A stretch of 10,685 nucleotides of DNA from positions 1-10,685 of the forward strand of contig JAKPTO010000039.1 of NCBI GenBank assembly GCA_029555085.1, in the 5' to 3' direction. Position numbers and translations under genes: made by a program. The notes beneath the pieces are model-generated. The model searched no databases, was not told the origin of the DNA, and saw only the letters and a list, made by a program, of their open reading frames with translations. How positions within the stretch are numbered: the stretch's first letter is position 1; the number at the start of each line of letters is the position of its first letter. This DNA is from a bacterium. GTDB taxonomy: Bacteria; Patescibacteriota; Patescibacteriia; UBA1558; S5-K13. Of this stretch, positions 6,900 through 10,685 are shown piece by piece.

Positions 6900-7938
6900 T
6901 ATCAATCAATTCTTTGGTGTTTGAAATGTCTACCTCATATTTATTTTTAATATTATCTGGAATCAAGTCAATACCATTTAAACTTGGAAGTCCTTTTTCA
7001 TTAATAAATATCGGTTGATGTTCGCCGGGATAGCATTTATATACTCGGAATAAATTGGTTGGAAGTCCTATCATATCTGGACGATCAATGTATTCATATT
7101 CGTATTTATTTTGTATTGTGTTAAAATAACTTAATAAATAATTAAGACTGAGTTGGCGATTATAGACTTTTCTATAAATGTCGGTTTTAAAATTAATACC
7201 AGTAAGATCTGGCTCACCATTGAGATTAATAAATCTTAATATTGGTCTCTCACTATATAGCGCTAATGCGATATTTTTAGCTACAACACCATAGTTTGAA
7301 ATATTGTAAAATAAGGGTTTTTTTATAAAAATATTAAGGAAAGTTGCTCTTTTTTGTGGTGTAGTATCTGGATTAAGTAAAATTTTTTTTAGTTTATTAG
7401 GATCGAGATCAATGTCTGTTATTGTACCGTTTTTATCAACAAACGTCAATTTCATATTTTCTAAATTTGGCGTTTTTTCCAAATCAATGATAATTGTTTC
7501 TGCTAGATTGGGAAATATGACTCCAAATGAATCTGTATTATAAAACACTTCTTTTTTCTTCAAAGAATTGAGATATGCGTCTCTATCTTTTCTATTTATA
7601 AGTTTGTTAATATCTATATTCCCAACATCAAATTCACCTTTTTTATTAATAAAATATGATATATGAAATTGGTTTTTTGACAAAATTGCAAATGCAATAT
7701 TTTTATCGTATTTACCAAATTGGTTAACGTGATAAAAATTGTTGCTCGTTATATTGTTAAAATATTTTGTTCTGATAACACTATAGTATGGGTTAGAATT
7801 ATAAAAAAGTTCATCAAAATCTTCTTTTGTTAATATATTAGGAAAAAATAAGACTTTATATAAAATTGGGATTTCTCGATTTTCACGTTTATTCAAGTAT
7901 TGAAAGAAATTTTTTATGTGTTGATTAATATTATTCAT
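6889..7938 (-). CDS. Array paralog 2 (349 aa, four internal repeat units)
   Basis: QHIKNFFQYLNKRE N-cap, repeats FINKKGE / FVDKNGT / FINLNGE / FINEKGL, C-cap NTKELI. 8-nt overlap ATGAATAA. Confidence 0.9.
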   Translation of the reverse strand: MNNINQHIKNFFQYLNKRENREIPILYKVLFFPNILTKEDFDELFYNSNPYYSVIRTKYFNNITSNNFYHVNQFGKYDKNIAFAILSKNQFHISYFINKKGEFDVGNIDINKLINRKDRDAYLNSLKKKEVFYNTDSFGVIFPNLAETIIIDLEKTPNLENMKLTFVDKNGTITDIDLDPNKLKKILLNPDTTPQKRATFLNIFIKKPLFYNISNYGVVAKNIALALYSERPILRFINLNGEPDLTGINFKTDIYRKVYNRQLSLNYLLSYFNTIQNKYEYEYIDRPDMIGLPTNLFRVYKCYPGEHQPIFINEKGLPSLNGIDLIPDNIKNKYEVDISNTKELIDNEK

Positions 7939-8572
7939 TTTTTTTAATTGGTAAATTATGTGGATTATATTTTTTTATTTCATTTAAAAAAGTATTGGTG
8001 TATTTTTGTATCATTTTCTGTTTTTCATTTTTTGGAACAAAATTTGGATCTGGCCAGCCCTTTGTGTTTACATTAATTGGTTGTAAGGAAAGAAAGGAAC
8101 GGTGGCCATCCTTTCTTTTAAAAGATGAATTATTATTTGTGTTAGTTGAAATAATAAGCCCATCTCTATATTCCAATAATTGATACGTAAAATCATCTTG
8201 GATTGAATTATAATATGCGGTCAAAAATCTAAGATTACCTTGTTTGTTGTTTATTTTTGAAAAATCAATACCCTCAACACTTTTTTCCACATTAAAATTA
8301 ATAAAAATATAACTCCAAGGAGTTACCGCAAAAGCAACCGATGGTGAAACAATACCAAATTCTTTAACTGTCCAGAATAAATTATCATGAATTTTTTTAT
8401 TAAATAATTTAGCTCTTGCTGACGCATGCATATCATATTTAATCATATTAATTTCATCTTCTGTTAATTCATTATTAAACAGAGAAAATTTCATTGAAAG
8501 AGGTATTTTTCGCCCGTCTTTTTCTTCTATGAAATTAAAAAAGTTTTTTATATGTTGTTTATTGTTGCCCAT
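7931..8572 (-). CDS. Array paralog 1 (213 aa)
   Basis: QHIKNFFNFIEEKD, FGIVSPSVAFA, AYYNSIQ, NTKGWPDPNF, YTNTFLNEI. 14-nt overlap with the 558-aa gene. Confidence 0.9.
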   Translation of the reverse strand: MGNNKQHIKNFFNFIEEKDGRKIPLSMKFSLFNNELTEDEINMIKYDMHASARAKLFNKKIHDNLFWTVKEFGIVSPSVAFAVTPWSYIFINFNVEKSVEGIDFSKINNKQGNLRFLTAYYNSIQDDFTYQLLEYRDGLIISTNTNNNSSFKRKDGHRSFLSLQPINVNTKGWPDPNFVPKNEKQKMIQKYTNTFLNEIKKYNPHNLPIKKNE

Positions 8573-10235
8573 GATTTTTATTTTGAATAAAATCTACGGT
8601 GTTATCATAAACATTTTGATAAAAATCATCGAGAGATTCTCTATCAAGTCCGGATACATCATATTGACCATGTATATTTATAAAAACCGGTGTATCAAAT
8701 GATATATTTGGTTTTGCAACAAATTTGTTTATATGTTTATCAAATGAATAAACAAGTTTAAAAACATCATCATGAAGTAAAATATTAAAATATTCCGTGT
8801 GGTGTGACATTAGTTTTCTTGGATCCAGACCAGAAACATCTTCTTCACCTTTTAAATTTAAAATGACATTTTTATAATTGGAACTTCGTCCCACATCATC
8901 TTCTATACTTGCAACTGCAATATAAAATGGATTTGTTTGTATTATTTGAGTTAGACGTGGATGATCAATATATTTTTGACTATTAGTTAGACTGTTCATA
9001 CAGGCAATTAATAGTGTATGATTCATATTTAGTGTTGGCTGCATTTTGACAACATTTCCATTTATATCAATGATTGTTGGTATACTCAAACCATCACTCG
9101 TTTTACTTCCAATATAAAGTTCTGATGTTTCGGGCAATCTGAAATACTCATCTATTTTAGAAACATAGTCATATTTAAAATTTTTTGTTTTGGTATTAAT
9201 ATATGCGGCTTTTTCTTTATTATTTAAATTATCAATATTTAGATTTTTTATACTTAAATCACCTTTATTATTAATAAAGAAACATGTAAATGGTTTGTCA
9301 TCAAAGGAAACGAGTATTGGAAAATCATTTTTTAATTTACTTTGAAGTTGTTTTGTATCATAATAAATTCTAACTTTTTTTCCGAATTTTTCATATAAAA
9401 ATTTTAAAAAATTTGATCGTTTGGTTTGAAAATCATATGTTGTTTTTTCAAAAGAAATTGGCCTATCTTGTCTTTCGGCATAAGAATCAATGATAACAAC
9501 ATTATCTGTTATAGATTTAAATTTGAACAATACGCCCTGACAAGTTTCTGATGAATGTATAAAACCGCCACAAATATCGTCAACAAACCCATTAATCCCT
9601 ATTTTTCTACATAAAATGTTAAAAAATGTAAGTGGAAACGTGAAATATTGTTTTTTATTTATACTTAAAAGATTTGCCAATTCAAAAATAAAAATCCACA
9701 ATAAATTAACCACGTTATTTACATTAACACGATAATCTCGATTATGCGGTTCTGTGATTGATGGGTCTTTTTTTAAGTATTTCTCATATAGCTTGGTTAC
9801 TTTTGGATTATTTTTATACATGTCGTATAATTTTTTAGCATACATATGACATTTTTCCTCATCTGACGATGATGTGTATAAAATACCATCTTTATCTTTA
9901 ATGGTAAACAATGTCACATATGGTCTATCATAACCAAAGGGAAAATGACGAATGAAACTTGTCCAACTATTGAGATTTAATTCGTCTTTAAATGATTTAA
10001 GTGGATAAAAATAATAACCGGTCGGTGTATTAAATTGATTTCTTTTGTTTATATCACTTGTGTGGATACTATCTCTGAATGATATACATACATTATCAAT
10101 ACCATGCTGTTCAATATAATCTTTTAATACATCCAGTGCCGGTCTACCCTGATAGTTTTTACTACGGAGCTCCTTTAATTCTGCCTCTTTAAGTATTGAA
10201 AATTGTTGTTCCGTTATTAGGATTTTCATTCTCAT
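8559..10235 (-). CDS. 558-aa multidomain protein: leader + putative ADP-ribosyltransferase-like domain + C-terminal repeat module homologous to the downstream array
   Basis: The ORF is secure (ATGA overlap with the upstream gene). The N-half has TPTGYYFYP (aa 70-78) and LCRKIGINGFVD..GFIHSSETCQGVLF (E230), resembling the G-x-Y-F / L..GYDG / E-x-V-x-F pattern of ART-fold domains. The C-half has SNFLKFLYEK, four IxxxG repeats and an NTVDFI cap. The ART call is tentative. Confidence 0.7.
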   Translation of the reverse strand: MRMKILITEQQFSILKEAELKELRSKNYQGRPALDVLKDYIEQHGIDNVCISFRDSIHTSDINKRNQFNTPTGYYFYPLKSFKDELNLNSWTSFIRHFPFGYDRPYVTLFTIKDKDGILYTSSSDEEKCHMYAKKLYDMYKNNPKVTKLYEKYLKKDPSITEPHNRDYRVNVNNVVNLLWIFIFELANLLSINKKQYFTFPLTFFNILCRKIGINGFVDDICGGFIHSSETCQGVLFKFKSITDNVVIIDSYAERQDRPISFEKTTYDFQTKRSNFLKFLYEKFGKKVRIYYDTKQLQSKLKNDFPILVSFDDKPFTCFFINNKGDLSIKNLNIDNLNNKEKAAYINTKTKNFKYDYVSKIDEYFRLPETSELYIGSKTSDGLSIPTIIDINGNVVKMQPTLNMNHTLLIACMNSLTNSQKYIDHPRLTQIIQTNPFYIAVASIEDDVGRSSNYKNVILNLKGEEDVSGLDPRKLMSHHTEYFNILLHDDVFKLVYSFDKHINKFVAKPNISFDTPVFINIHGQYDVSGLDRESLDDFYQNVYDNTVDFIQNKNHGQQ

Positions 10236-10684
10236 TCCACACCATATATTTTTTTCAATTGGTTTATTTGTTTTGGATAAAAATACATATTAATAACATA
10301 ATTATCCCAGTTTTTGATATAATATTCAATAAATTCACTGTAGTCGTAATCTCTTTCGCTAAGGTAGTTTTTAAATTTGATAATATCAAAATTATCATCG
10401 GGCATGAATATTTTATTTTGTCTTTTAAATAACTCCTCATCATTTTTGAAGTATTCTTCATTATAATATTTCTTGAGGAATTCTTTTCTTGACAATCTTA
10501 TCCATTCACCACCGGTGCGTCGATCAGTAATAAGTCTTTCATTTACCCAGAAAGCTCTTATCATATTTGGATTAAGATTTCCGATGAATAATGCCTGTGC
10601 TTCGGGTCCCTCATATAATGCCCATGCGAGTTCAGGTCTATCGGATTGATTTATTGCAGGATATTGGCTGGTTTTATGTTTTTC
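10232..10684 (-). CDS. Hypothetical protein, 5'-truncated by window edge (possible ART-like C-terminal motif)
   Basis: The frame of the track ORF 10232..10564 stays open to the window end: EKHKTSQYPAINQSDRPELAWALYEGPEAQALFIGNLNPN-MIRAFW..., so ATG 10564 is probably internal. Confidence 0.75.
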   Translation of the reverse strand, partial: EKHKTSQYPAINQSDRPELAWALYEGPEAQALFIGNLNPNMIRAFWVNERLITDRRTGGEWIRLSRKEFLKKYYNEEYFKNDEELFKRQNKIFMPDDNFDIIKFKNYLSERDYDYSEFIEYYIKNWDNYVINMYFYPKQINQLKKIYGVE

Positions 10685-10685
10685 T

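Noticed and set aside
1784-8572. Integron cassette array or DGR
   Set aside because: Genes overlap with no room for attC sites, there is no reverse transcriptase in the window, and no near-identical TR/VR pair differing only at adenines was seen.
2034-10432. Plus-strand ORFs at 2034, 2930, 3182, 4741, 5369, 6027, 6727, 7995 and 10196
   Set aside because: Antisense shadows of the - strand genes. Their mutual similarity (KKFFICWLL) is just the reverse complement of the conserved N-cap.
1-10685. Alternative genetic code, or eukaryotic giant virus origin
   Set aside because: All genes are intact in code 11 with TAA, TAG and TGA at aligned C-termini. Coupled overlaps, an intrinsic terminator and a dif-like site favour a bacterial host, though this is not proven.

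Overview
AT-rich window that looks like part of a large phage or phage-like circular replicon. A Bacteroidetes-type host is inferred from the lack of clear Shine-Dalgarno motifs and from TTTG/TAnnTTTG-like promoter elements. Left arm (1-1145, + strand): 3' end of a C5 DNA methyltransferase, a 36-aa membrane peptide, a 77-aa hypothetical protein, a small AP2/arm-binding-like DNA-binding protein and an intrinsic terminator. Positions ~1145-1783 are a non-coding, repeat-rich convergence zone with a 28-bp XerC/XerD dif-like site (1304-1331), clustered TCGTATGACA and TTGCCACTTGA repeats, and four GTGG boxes at an exact 10-bp period. Right arm (1784-10685, - strand): a mostly translationally coupled gene string. 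It starts with a window-truncated gene, then a 558-aa protein (leader + putative ADP-ribosyltransferase-like domain + repeat module), then ten diverged stand-alone paralogs of that repeat module (QHIKNFFxFLKEK N-cap, WG-like FIDxNG repeats, NTxxFL C-cap). Function calls come from motif recognition by eye and need HMM or structure confirmation.
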